Below are positions 35,828-46,500 of a DNA stretch of 64,000 nt, piece after piece. This DNA comes from Enterobacter phage phiT5282EW, in sequence record PQ352032.1. The stretch is one strand, 5' to 3'. Position 1 is the first letter of the stretch; the number at the start of each line of letters is the position of its first letter. The position numbers were made by a program, and so were the translations under genes. The notes under the pieces were generated by a model. That model worked only from the letters and a program-made list of their open reading frames with translations. It was not told the DNA's origin and did no database searches.

Positions 35828-38444
35828 TTAGTCGTCACCTTTCGAAATAAAGCCGGAGCAGCCAATATCCTCCGGCTTCACCTGCATCATGATCTCATGG
35901 CAGGATCTGGTCTCCGGGTCGTAGTTCACACAGCGCCCGCAAACATCCCCGCGATACTTCACGCTGTTCACCTCCTCCATGTAGCTCACCAGCGTCTGAT
36001 CAACGCCGATATCCAGCGGGCTCAGGCGCTCGATCTTCACCTGCGGTGCATCCGGCAGAATAAACGTACTGGTACCATGCGCACGGCTCCATGCCACATC
36101 GCACAGCAGGTTTGCGTATGAGAAGTGTGGATCGATGCCGATTTTCTTCACGCTGCGCTTGTACTGGTTCGTTTCCTCGTCCTTCTCAGCCACCAGCGCC
36201 GTTTTGGTGAAGTGCGTGAACATTACCGGGGCCACGGCTTCCACGCGCGTGACGCCCTTCTCACGAATCTCCTGCACCAGCCCCTGAGGGTCTGGGATGA
36301 GGCAGATTGGCTCGTCGGCAGTGAAGCGGGCCATGGAGACCTGCATACACTTATACTGGTCAATGCGGACGGTGTAGCGATCCTGTTCGTTCTCGTCGGT
36401 GCGCACATCGGACTTGTCCAGCTTCATGCTGTCATTCCACTGGATCATGCCATCCGCTACAGTACCGAAGCTATTACAGATGAATACCCGGCCTTTGTGA
36501 CGGTTGGCGAAGCGCTTGGCGTCGTTGTAGTTCGGGTTGATTTCCACCACGCAGCAAGCCACGCCGTACTGGTTCATCAGCTCGCTACAACGGGCAAACG
36601 GATCCTCGCTGTAAATCATTTCGATGTGGACAATCGCTTGGTGCCCGGAGGGCAGTCGCTCCTTGATAACCACCACGTTAAACTGGCCCATCTGGTCAAT
36701 ACCCATGTAGCAGTTATCTGCGCGGGACTTCCACTGCACGCCGAAACGCAGACCATGCTTAACGCAATTTGCCAGGTGTTCCAGCGTTACCGGAACCAGC
36801 GACGGATCGAGGAACGGCTTGCCCAGTTTACGGTTATAGAAGTTTTTCATATCCGTAGCGTTGTTGAAGGCGGAAATAATCTCGCCGGGGCTGATTGTCG
36901 GTGACAGGAACTGCGGAAAGTGCGCCGACCGGATGCACATTTCCCCTTCCTCATTCTCCGGCGCATCCGGGATCCATTCCCCGCGCTGCGTGTCCTCAAT
37001 CCAGCCTCCGCAGCTGTAGCAGACATATCGGTGGCGTCTGGTGTCCGGGTCGTACTTAATGCACTGCGGGAAATAGTCATCCAGCGGTTTCTTTTCGAGG
37101 CAGTGCGGGCACTCGGTATGGAAACGGTACTGGGATCCCAGCTTGTACCAGTGGTGGATATCGGAGTCGGGCCAGTTGGCGGTGGAGCCCATCAGGCTGT
37201 AACGGATCGGGGATGCAGACAGACGCTCACGCGTTTTCTCCATCTGCTCCAGTGACATTTCCTGCACCTCATCGAAGCTCAGGACATCCATCGGGATGGA
37301 TTCGGTAGTCGCGCGGCCCGATGTCCAGCTGAATACAAACATGGCCTCACCGATGCGACGTGTACGCACGTTACCCTCGCCTTTCTTGCGACCGCCGCCT
37401 TTCTCATCGTCCTGCACCATGAGCGCATGTACCTCAGGTACGGTGCGCACAATCGGCATGAAGCGCTCGGAGGACTTGATCCCCGCCAGCGCGGCATCCG
37501 GCAAGAACATGCCGATAGTCATCGGTTGGAAGCGCAGGCCAAGGTAAATAACAGCGAGCATTTCCATGACGGTAAAGCCCACCTGCGCACACTTCATCAG
37601 CACCAGCGTTTTGCGGTATGCCTCCTCGACGGTGCTGGGGATCTGGTCATAAATCCACGCCATCGCCGGGCGGTTGTCCAGCTTGAACGGGCGACCATCC
37701 ACTTTGAGGCCGGTTTCGCCCAGCCGGATGCACCACTCCAGAAAGGTCTCGTTTGGCTTGAGGATTTTCTGGGAAGCGGTCAGTACAAAGGTCGTATCGA
37801 GGAATTCAGCATCATAGCGCTGGCGCTTCTCATCCCCGGTCGTGCTGTCCATTTTCTCCAGGAATGCCGCGTCGAGGTTGTGGCGGTTGGTCTCGGTCGG
37901 CACGCGGCGTCGGAACCAGTCAGGATCCAGCTCGGCTTCCATCCACAGGCGATAAAAGTCGTGATTCTTCCCGTAGGCCCCGGACAGGAACCATGCACTG
38001 CCGTGGTACTCGCGCAGGCACTCAGCCAGCGTGTCACCCCAGATCTGCATGAAGTTGTAAATCTCGCGCACGTCATCAATGATCATCAGGCCATACTGCC
38101 CATTAACCTCTTTCAGGCTGTCAGCCGCGTAAAGGTCAATGTACTGGCCCGACAGCAGCGTGATGCGCCTGCTGGTTGAGCTCTTGATGAGGGGATCGAT
38201 GGCCTGTACGATCCGCGTGCGCACCTCCATGAGGTCTTTGTACGTGGCGCTCATCCACATCGCCGGGGCAGGGTTATTCATGATGCCCTGTTTACCAGCC
38301 ACCAGCGCCTCTATGCCAAGGGTTGTTTTTCCTGCCTTCTCGCCCATGGCAATAACGTTAAAACGCGCCGCACGGTCGATACAGACCTGCAACGCGTCAT
38401 TGAGAATGGGCAGCTTAATTTTAACGGTCTTTTGGCGTGCCATT
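35828..38444 (-). CDS. terminase large subunit, lambda gpA family, with extra ~290-aa N-terminal P-loop domain
   Basis: Residues ~300-870 align by eye to lambda gpA (MKCAQVGFTVM vs KSARVGYSKM; HTECPHCLEKKPL vs HVACPHCGEEQYL; YVCYSCGGWI vs YLCEHNACVI); N-terminal region has Walker A GEKAGKTT and Walker B LMIIDD; start set to ATG 38444 (AAGGA RBS) because alternative ATG 38479 lies in a hairpin. Confidence 0.8.
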
Positions 38445-38462
38445 GTGAATCCTTGGGTAAAA

Positions 38463-38478
38463 TGGCCCCGAAGGGCCA
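38463..38478 (-). terminator. hairpin between tail fiber 2 and terminase (weak T-tract)
   Basis: TGGCCC-ttcg-GGGCCA on minus strand followed by TTTTACC. Confidence 0.4.
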
Positions 38479-38486
38479 AGAGGGTA

Positions 38487-41327
38487 TTATTTTTTAAGTG
38501 CTGCGATGGTAGCTTTCGCTGATTCAGGATCGGTTAACGCGAGGTCTACCAGATCAAGAAGCTGCTTAATAGCTTCGGTATGGAAAGCCGCAGTCAGCCC
38601 GGAGTAATTGAGGCTTTTAAAATCTTTAATCTGCGTCTTCTGGTCGTATGAGGTATGGATTCCGGTACTTACGGCTTCTGGAGCCCATGGTTCAACGTCC
38701 TGCGCGATCAGTCCTACCTCGCGGCTTTCTACATCTTTGCGCTGGTAAGTCACACCACGCCAGTTGATAACTGCTTTTAACGCATTATCCACTCTCTTAA
38801 TGTCGGACTTAATGCGGATGTCTGAATCGACAACATACGCCCCGTTACCATGCAGCGTGCCATCTTGGTTTCGGAACTCCCAGCCATAACCCCCGGTATC
38901 TTTCAGGCAGTACAATTTCGCGCAGAAATAGTTACCTTGGTAATCGAGAGGATAAAGCTCGACTCGGCTGGACGCTGAGAGCGATGAGCCAAGGCGCATG
39001 ACAAGCTGTGTTCCCCTTGCCTGCTTGTTGTTATCGTAGAACCCTGGTGAATAGCTATTAATGAAATCAATCGCTCCGTTAATAATGCCGCCAGAGCCAA
39101 AGGTAATCGAGCGGCAGTCACGTAAATTCGAAGCCCCAGTGACGTTCAGCCCCACAGAGGTAAGCGTACCGGGCACATTCATGCTGCCGTCGTCGCTCAT
39201 ATCAAAGTTAGCCGTATTATTTCGCGTCTTATTAGTCACGGTAATGCGCGCTGAATATTTAGCGCCGACCGTACCGACAGCCTGCAACATCGCCTTACAT
39301 TCAGATACGCCTGCGACCTGATAATCAGAAATAATCTGACCACCCTTGATCGAGGTGTTATTGCTCGGCAGCGCAGTATCACCATTGATCACAGACCACG
39401 ACGTATTCGCGGCAACAAATCCACCCGATGCACGAATGACCCAGACCCCAACGAAGCTACGGGGCAATACGTCATCCGTGATATTATCACGACCGTAGAC
39501 ACTATCAGAAATGGACGCATCAAGGGACAGTCTGTTTGACGAAGACCCTGTTCCGCTAGGAGTATAAACGCTCCCGTTAGCACCATTATAAGTTGTTAAA
39601 GAACGCTCACCACCATCTAAACCACCTTCACCACCAGCTATTTTAACGCTACCTTTGATGTTTGGTACGGCGGCCTTATACACCAGACCATCCATACCGG
39701 AGTTACCACCATCACCACGAGCGAACAGCGCCTTAATTGAGTTGGACTGAACACCATTACGGTCAGGTACACGGAAGGTGGTAGAACCATTGCCGAGAGA
39801 GTATCTACCACGTTTAGTATGGTCTGCTAACCACTCAGCATCAGTGATGGGCGTGAGCATCTGAGCATACGCCCACAACTCGGGCCAGTCTGCGCGGTTA
39901 AGCAACTGACCGTCAGATACAACCTCATACGGCTGAATGTATGCACGGCTATCGCGTAAGTGGAAGTCACCCACGCCGTAGTTCATCACGCCATTCATGG
40001 ATGGCCCGCCAGCACCGCCAGAAGCCGAACGTAGCTGTCTCATGGTTACGGCGTCATAATCACCAACGGCATCGCCGCCCAGTTTCAGCGGGCCAGATAG
40101 CCCGGTCATGGAGGTAATGTCGTCATTTACCCCTGATTTTGCGCTTTTACGCCAGTCCGTGAATACGCTTCCATCATAGCTTCGTGACGCAATACGCCCG
40201 CTTTTGGCAATGTAAATCTGCGTAACACCACCAGATACCCCGATTGGGAATACAATCAGCTGCCCGGTTTCATCAAACGGGAAGTTATTGGCTGCGACAG
40301 CGCCAGCAACACTAGTGAGGGATACCACGCCATAATGCGCCGGAAGGATGCGATCATTCAGGTTGATAACCGTTGTAATGACATCCAGCTGGGCGACGGC
40401 TTTCACTTCGGATGCCGCAGGCGGGTTATCGCTGGTATACATCCGGCGAGAGGCGCTCCAGACGTTATTCGTCCGTGTGATGCGATAGAGCCATGTTGGC
40501 GTCGCACCCTCGGAAGCGAAAATTAATACCATCGAGGTGCGATCCTCATTCACGCTTTCGCAGTGAATGCGCCACGCCACTGCGCCAGCACCAGTAACCC
40601 CAGAAGGAAAACCATTCGAGCTAATAGCATCCGATGCTTTCACGCGCATAGTTTCACCTACGCGCCAGACATGCGAGGTGATCGTGTCTCCGGTGGCAGC
40701 GAAGTCGAAGTAAGGCAGTTTGATGCCCATAAGGCCAGCATAAGCCGCTGTAAGCACCGCGCCGTCGCGGGTGGTGGTTGGGCTGGCGATCTCCTGATCG
40801 GTCAGGGAACGGGCGATATTCAGCGCTACTCCTCCGGTCGGCTGAGCACCGCTGCTGTGTGTCCAGTCGATTGTTGCACCGTTACCCGCGATCAGTAGGC
40901 CAGTCCATTTGCGCGGTGCAGTGCTCGGCGCGATGTTAAACCAGATCTCATACGTATCAGCTGCGACCTCGACCAGCTTGCCGCCAAGGATGGTCGCTGA
41001 ATTTACGCCAAGGTTAGTCTGGGCAGTAACGGTGATGCGTGCCGGATCACCGACAGTGGTCACAGAGCCGTCGCCTGTCTGCATGACAATGTTGGCGAAT
41101 CCAGTACCAGTCACCACCATCAGCGTAATGGCAATTTTGCCCTGCGCTAGATTGGAGATCTTGCCCATCTTCTGCCAGCTATCTGACGTGATATCCCAGT
41201 CAGTGAGCATCACGGCATTTTTATCCAGCATGGTCAGAGCATCGGTCAGCTTGCCCACATCAATTTTTAACGGGTTGGTCAGGTATGGGACAGGAAGCCC
41301 AAGCCGGGGAGTAGTTTTGTCCACCAT
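38487..41327 (-). CDS. tail fiber/tailspike protein 2 with C-terminal intramolecular chaperone (S74-like) domain
   Basis: N-terminus MVDKTTPRLGLPVPY paralogous to fiber 1; shared internal box SGPLKLGGDAVGDYDAVTMRQLRSASGGAGGPSMNGVMN; C-terminus ...VGLIAQDVEPWAPEAV... chaperone-like. Confidence 0.8.
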   Translation of the reverse strand: MVDKTTPRLGLPVPYLTNPLKIDVGKLTDALTMLDKNAVMLTDWDITSDSWQKMGKISNLAQGKIAITLMVVTGTGFANIVMQTGDGSVTTVGDPARITVTAQTNLGVNSATILGGKLVEVAADTYEIWFNIAPSTAPRKWTGLLIAGNGATIDWTHSSGAQPTGGVALNIARSLTDQEIASPTTTRDGAVLTAAYAGLMGIKLPYFDFAATGDTITSHVWRVGETMRVKASDAISSNGFPSGVTGAGAVAWRIHCESVNEDRTSMVLIFASEGATPTWLYRITRTNNVWSASRRMYTSDNPPAASEVKAVAQLDVITTVINLNDRILPAHYGVVSLTSVAGAVAANNFPFDETGQLIVFPIGVSGGVTQIYIAKSGRIASRSYDGSVFTDWRKSAKSGVNDDITSMTGLSGPLKLGGDAVGDYDAVTMRQLRSASGGAGGPSMNGVMNYGVGDFHLRDSRAYIQPYEVVSDGQLLNRADWPELWAYAQMLTPITDAEWLADHTKRGRYSLGNGSTTFRVPDRNGVQSNSIKALFARGDGGNSGMDGLVYKAAVPNIKGSVKIAGGEGGLDGGERSLTTYNGANGSVYTPSGTGSSSNRLSLDASISDSVYGRDNITDDVLPRSFVGVWVIRASGGFVAANTSWSVINGDTALPSNNTSIKGGQIISDYQVAGVSECKAMLQAVGTVGAKYSARITVTNKTRNNTANFDMSDDGSMNVPGTLTSVGLNVTGASNLRDCRSITFGSGGIINGAIDFINSYSPGFYDNNKQARGTQLVMRLGSSLSASSRVELYPLDYQGNYFCAKLYCLKDTGGYGWEFRNQDGTLHGNGAYVVDSDIRIKSDIKRVDNALKAVINWRGVTYQRKDVESREVGLIAQDVEPWAPEAVSTGIHTSYDQKTQIKDFKSLNYSGLTAAFHTEAIKQLLDLVDLALTDPESAKATIAALKK

Positions 41328-41415
41328 TTCCGGGATCTCTCTTGTTCAGGAATAGCTGACATTCTGGAATCACTACGGGGAAATAAAAAGCCCGGACGGT
41401 GCCGGGCTGGAAGGT

Positions 41416-41670
41416 TTACCACTTGAATTGTCGCTGCTCGTCCTCGCAGAGCCCGAACAGCTTATGCACGCCACAGTAAACAGCCCCGGCGACGACGACC
41501 ACCATCACAAGGCCCATCAGCATGGAACCGAAGCCAAGAGCCGCAAGGCCAGAAGTAATGCCTGCTGCACTCAATCCTGAAACCTTCCCCAAAAGGCTGA
41601 TCAGCAGGATAGGCGTTCCTGCCGCTGCTGCGCCTGCTGTGACTTGTTTTGCCACTGTGTACCCGTTCAT
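41416..41670 (-). CDS. small membrane protein (Gly-zipper-like TM segments)
   Basis: 84 aa, two hydrophobic segments. Confidence 0.4.
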   Translation of the reverse strand: MNGYTVAKQVTAGAAAAGTPILLISLLGKVSGLSAAGITSGLAALGFGSMLMGLVMVVVVAGAVYCGVHKLFGLCEDEQRQFKW

Positions 41671-42101
41671 TACCGCCCCTTTTTATGTGTCGCTGAGCGG
41701 TGCTGTCCGCTGTAGCGATGGTTTCCATATGCCGGATCATCGAACCATGAAGTTTGACGCTGCTTACTTTTACCGGAATAAGCGGAGTAAGGCGGTTTCG
41801 GCTGGAGTTTAGCCATCACTTGCCAAACGTCATAGCAGGCATCATGGAAACGGCGATCCGTTGTCGAGTCCTTGAAATTGCTGTACATCATTTCCGCGAC
41901 GTACTGCGCCAGCATGGATTGCAGCTCCTCGCGGTTGACGAACACTCGGAACTGGTAATCGCGGTGATCGTGCGTGACCACTTCTTTGGTCGGGAAGTAT
42001 TTGTTCAGATGCTCTTTACGGCGAGCACGTACTTGGATCACTTCCGGGTCTTGTTTGTCTACGACAGCAGACAGAAAGCCATCAGATAAAATCAGCCACA
42101 T
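41670..42101 (-). CDS. hypothetical protein
   Basis: 143-aa ORF with GAGGAA RBS; own consensus promoter upstream. Confidence 0.45.
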   Translation of the reverse strand: MWLILSDGFLSAVVDKQDPEVIQVRARRKEHLNKYFPTKEVVTHDHRDYQFRVFVNREELQSMLAQYVAEMMYSNFKDSTTDRRFHDACYDVWQVMAKLQPKPPYSAYSGKSKQRQTSWFDDPAYGNHRYSGQHRSATHKKGR

Positions 42102-42137
42102 GGCGTATTCCTCAGGTTGGATTGGTTAACGGCTGAG

Positions 42138-42166
42138 ATAATACGTCATGCGTGCCGTATGGTCAA
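42138..42166 (-). promoter_or_regulatory. sigma70-like promoter TTGACC-N17-TATTAT with inverted repeat ATACG..CGTAT in spacer
   Basis: Read on minus strand; -35 overlaps NUDIX stop codon; TSS ~30 nt before ATG 42101. Confidence 0.55.
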
Positions 42167-43026
42167 TCTTTTTTCTTACCTAAATACGCGTCAAGCACCA
42201 TTTGGTCGGGCTTCATGTTCATTAGCTCGCGCAGCTTGTTTTTTGGTACCAGCTGGACGGCCTGCGTTTCCCAGCCCATCGCTACCGGGGAACCACCGAC
42301 GCGCTTCGCCAGATACATGCGAGAAACGGACGTGGTGCGCTCAAAGTCACCCAGCACGCCAGTGATCTCGATCTGTAGCCCGGACTCCTCCCATGTCTCT
42401 TTGATGGCGTTCTGCTGGAGCGTGAGCCCCGGCTCAGTGCCACCCTTCGGGAAAGTGTTCTGGTAGCCGCCGAAAGCGTTGGTCGGGCTGATAATCCACA
42501 CGCGACCGTCAGGCTCCTCAATGATGACGCCGGACGCTGGACGCTTCCCGGCTGGCACCATTAACGGCTGCTCGGTCATCTGTTTGGTGCCCTTCACAAA
42601 GGCCCAGCCAGCGTCGGTTTTCGGTGCGCCAGTCCACGGCGCGACCGGGACGCCATTCAGCTCCTGCGGTGCTGCACCATTAGGCGTGAAGGTGGCCACC
42701 TCGTTGCTCGCGGCCCACGTTGGCGCTTCGGTCGGTTTGCTCGGATGGTTAACCACGACGCGGTTGCCCTTCTCACCCAGTCGCGGATGGTGGACAATCT
42801 TCGTCGGTAGTCCTTTGCTGGCGGTAGTCCTGTGCGTGCCATACGGCGTCGTGGGCAGCGCTGGCTTGCGGTAATAGGCTTTCTTGGCCTGAGGCTTCGC
42901 AGGCGCTTTGGGGGCCGCAGGCGCATCAGGTTTGGCTGCTGCCTTCCCGTTGTCGTGCGGCTTCACCCATACGCCATCGCTCCGGCGATAGCCCTTCACC
43001 TGCGCTTTCAGGAAAAGTTTAGTCAT
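42163..43026 (-). CDS. NUDIX hydrolase with Pro/Ala-rich N-terminal extension
   Basis: Nudix box ...FPKGGTEPGLTLQQNAIKETWEESGL (REuxEExGu-like KETWEESGL); start set to MTKLF (ATG 43026, GGAAGG RBS) rather than ORF-track 43140. Confidence 0.75.
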   Translation of the reverse strand: MTKLFLKAQVKGYRRSDGVWVKPHDNGKAAAKPDAPAAPKAPAKPQAKKAYYRKPALPTTPYGTHRTTASKGLPTKIVHHPRLGEKGNRVVVNHPSKPTEAPTWAASNEVATFTPNGAAPQELNGVPVAPWTGAPKTDAGWAFVKGTKQMTEQPLMVPAGKRPASGVIIEEPDGRVWIISPTNAFGGYQNTFPKGGTEPGLTLQQNAIKETWEESGLQIEITGVLGDFERTTSVSRMYLAKRVGGSPVAMGWETQAVQLVPKNKLRELMNMKPDQMVLDAYLGKKKD

Positions 43027-43501
43027 TGCCTTCCACTCCCAGCATCCATTGCGCCATGGATTCGACGCTGGACTGCACGCGGGCGGCGATTTCTGCATCC
43101 TTCCCGCCCTTGTCAAATGCCTGGTAAATACTGATCGCAAAGCGGGCCATCGCGTGCGCGACGATCAGCGCGGGATCCGTTTCATCCTTCGCCAGCCCCT
43201 TCACGTTCTGGATCCAGCGCGGCAGCGCGAAGTCATTCCAGCCCGGCAGCACGCTAAAGCCTGCGGTGTTACCCACAAAGATGTTAGCGGTGTTCAGCGC
43301 CTGCGCACGGTCGGCCTCCAGCGCTTCTTTCTCAGTCATCTGGTTGGCCTGCACCTTAGCGATGCGTCCCACGATGTCCTTGGCGAAGTTATTCAGGATG
43401 GTGCGTGCCACGTTGATATCGCCCAGATAAACGCTGCCATCAGCAGCGTTCAGACCTTCGATAAACCACGTTGGATCAGTATGTCGGTTCAATTCAGCCA
43501 C
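43019..43501 (-). CDS. hypothetical protein immediately downstream of ART toxin-like gene (immunity candidate)
   Basis: 160-aa ORF starting 9 nt after giant gene stop. Confidence 0.4.
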   Translation of the reverse strand: MAELNRHTDPTWFIEGLNAADGSVYLGDINVARTILNNFAKDIVGRIAKVQANQMTEKEALEADRAQALNTANIFVGNTAGFSVLPGWNDFALPRWIQNVKGLAKDETDPALIVAHAMARFAISIYQAFDKGGKDAEIAARVQSSVESMAQWMLGVEGND

Positions 43502-43510
43502 AGAGCCCCC

Positions 43511-46500
43511 TTATACGCTCGGCAGGATGATACATTCCACAACGGTCATGCCGCTGCCGCCAAAGCCATCGGCGTCCTTAGTCCCCGATTCGTTCACCTT
43601 AGTGATGAGTAGGCGGGTATTAGGTGGCAGGATAATTTCTTTTTCCCCGGTATGGTGCGAGATAGATCCACCACTCGGAAGCGAGCCAGCGCCCGCATAG
43701 ATACCTTTTACGCCGGGGCCTGCTGTCATTTTGAGGTGAATATTACCACTCCACACGTCTGGACTGATAGACGTGGACATAATTGCAGGCTCCATGATGA
43801 CCTTGCCGACCGACGCTTTCAGCTTGGAGAGATCACCGCTGCCCAGACTGAATTTGCGCCCGAACGTGGTACCCGGCGAAATTTCATGGCCCATACCAGA
43901 CAGCGCCTGCGCTGCTGCTTTCGCTTCTGCGCTTGGGTTGCCCTTCCACAGTCCGCTGTTCATCTGCTTATAACTGCTACCAGTATACGCCTGCACGGCC
44001 TGCTTTTGTGTCATCGGCAGCTTTTCCCACACTTCCTGTGCTGCTTTGGCATAAGTGTTTGTGGTCAGCGTGCCAGCCTTGAAAGTGGTTTTAGTAATGC
44101 CAAGGTCTTCCGGCTCAACAATCCCCGGATGGCCCAGCACCAGCAGGTTCCCGATCTTGTCTGCATCGTTACCGCTCCAGTTTTCCGGCTTGTATTCTTC
44201 GTGCATCGAATACAGCGGGTGATCGCCGCCGATACGGAACTGCTCGGCTTCATGCCCGGTAAGCTGGCTCTTAATCTCGTTAATCGCCTGCATCGCGTAG
44301 CCTTTGATGTGCTGCGATGGGTGATCGAGCACTGGCACCTGTCCGGTAACAGCTCCGGTGTCTTTGTCAAAGGTTGGCGCGGTCAGGCCGCGAATGGCTT
44401 CCGGGTCTCCGGTCAGCGCCGCAGAATAAATGGCCTGCGCCGCGTCGTGGTTCCCTTTGTTCAGGAACTCTTTGGAGGACGGGCCGGATTTGCCAACGCC
44501 AGACCAGTTGAGGAAGTCAGGCGGGGTACTGATTTTCTCCGGCTTGAATTTCTGCATTTTGATGATCTGCTCGGCTTCCGGGTACTTCTCAGCCAGATAC
44601 TCTTTGCGCTTGATGAGCGTTTCCACCAGCTCTTTTTTGGCCTTCTCATCGCCCGGCCCATACTGGTTGACCATGTGCGCGATTTTGGCGTCGGAGATAG
44701 CCAGCACCTTGGAGACAGACGCGGCGATATCGGCCTCAGTCATGCCACCGAAGACGGCGGCGCTGTTCGCGTTCATCTTCGGATCCATCAGTGACTCCAG
44801 CTCCTTAACTACCGGGCCAAATTCTTTCTTCGCACCCTGCGCACGGAACATCAGCGAGCCGCCCGCATCGACGCGGTGAATGGTGCCGTCATCTTTCAGC
44901 TGCACGTTGTCTTTCGCCAGCCCCACGACATCCCAGTTACCCAGCCACGCATCAACGGCAAAGCCTTCCAGCATACCCTTGGCCTTCGCCAGCGCTGCAT
45001 GGGTTTTGGCCTTCTTGATGTTCTCCCACTTCGAGGCAATAGCCATTTTCCCGTCCTTGGTGACGATCATGGCGTCCTGCGCGGACAGGCCAGCGGCGCT
45101 ATACAGTTTCGCTGCCAGCACCTCAGCCTTGGCGTGCTCCTCGTTATCCGGGAACTTCACATACCATTCCTGCCCATCGGCGTCCTTCATTTTCATGCCT
45201 TCATTCGAACCGCCTTGGTTGCCCCCGGTCACTGTCCACTCATCGACGCTGATCGGCTCTTTCTTCTTCCACTGGTACTTTTTGACCTCCATCGGGCCAT
45301 CAGCGGCAAGGCCATTCTCTGCCGGGTTGCTGGTCGCGGCGGTAGCATTCATCAGCTGCGCGACGCCATTCATAGCATAGGTGCCATTCACCTCAGGGTT
45401 ATAACCGGACTTAACCTTGATCCCATTAGCCATCAGCATCATCGACGCATATTGCGCCAGCGCCTTTTTACCCGGCGCGGTCGGGCCATACTCCGTTGAG
45501 ACCTTAATTTTCATCCCAAACTCGCCATAAATCAGCATCGAACCATCGGCTTTCTGCATGATGACGCCTTTGGTGCCGCCGCCTTTGGTCAGCTTGGCTT
45601 TGAGGTTATCTACATATTTCATGTAGTGATCCTGCTGCCAAGCGCTCAGGCCAAGCGCAGCGAAGTCAGGTGCCGGGATCTCGTCAGGATTGGCCCTAAC
45701 CCAGCGCCCGTTTTTCAGGATCAGCATCCCATTGGCACCCGGCTTCATGTCGCCTTCTTTCGGGCCATCGCCTTCTTTCTGGCCCTCGTCGGCTTTCTTA
45801 GCATCTTCTTCGGCTACGGTGTTTTTGATAGCCGTCAGGATCCCTTCGATAGCCACAGGAGTAAAGTCGTTGATGATAAGCACGCTCTTAATGGTGCTGA
45901 CCGCATCCACTTTGTCCGGGTTGGCGTCGTAGTATTCCTTGCACGCCACCGACGCCTTGACGACCTTTTGCAGCCCGGTTTTGGTCTCCGCGATGCTCTT
46001 GATGTCGTCCAGCAGTTTCAGGTCGATATTACCCAGCTCCGGCGCGGCAGGTTCAGGCGCAGGCGCAGGCTCCTCAGCTCCGGTGATCTGATCCTGTACA
46101 AAGGTCATGGTGCTGATCGCGTAATCCGTCATGCTCATCTTGACCACATCGGTGCCCTGATTCGCCATCAGCGCATACGCGGACTCTTTGACGCTGTTCA
46201 GCACGGCCTCTTTCATTTCCGGCGAGTCGGTGTACTTCGCCAGCATCGCCATCGCTGCCAGACCATCCAGCGCATCTGCATCCGCCATGCTATCGCCCTT
46301 GTAACTGGCTTTCGGGATCCCCTGCGGGACGCCGTGCATGTTGATGCTGTCTTTCAGTATGGACTGGAGGACAGGGATATGGGCCACGTTATCGCCTGCG
46401 GCCTTCACGATGTCCTGATAGGTGGCAGGGTTGTCGCCTTTCTTCGCCACGTATTCCTGCACAGCCATGAGCGTTTCGAGGTTGTCTTTGGCGTTGTTGA

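Noticed and set aside
38445-38479. Longer terminase start MALRGHF at 38479
   Set aside because: ATG is embedded in the GGCCC-ttcg-GGGCC hairpin with no SD; ATG 38444 has AAGGA SD at correct spacing
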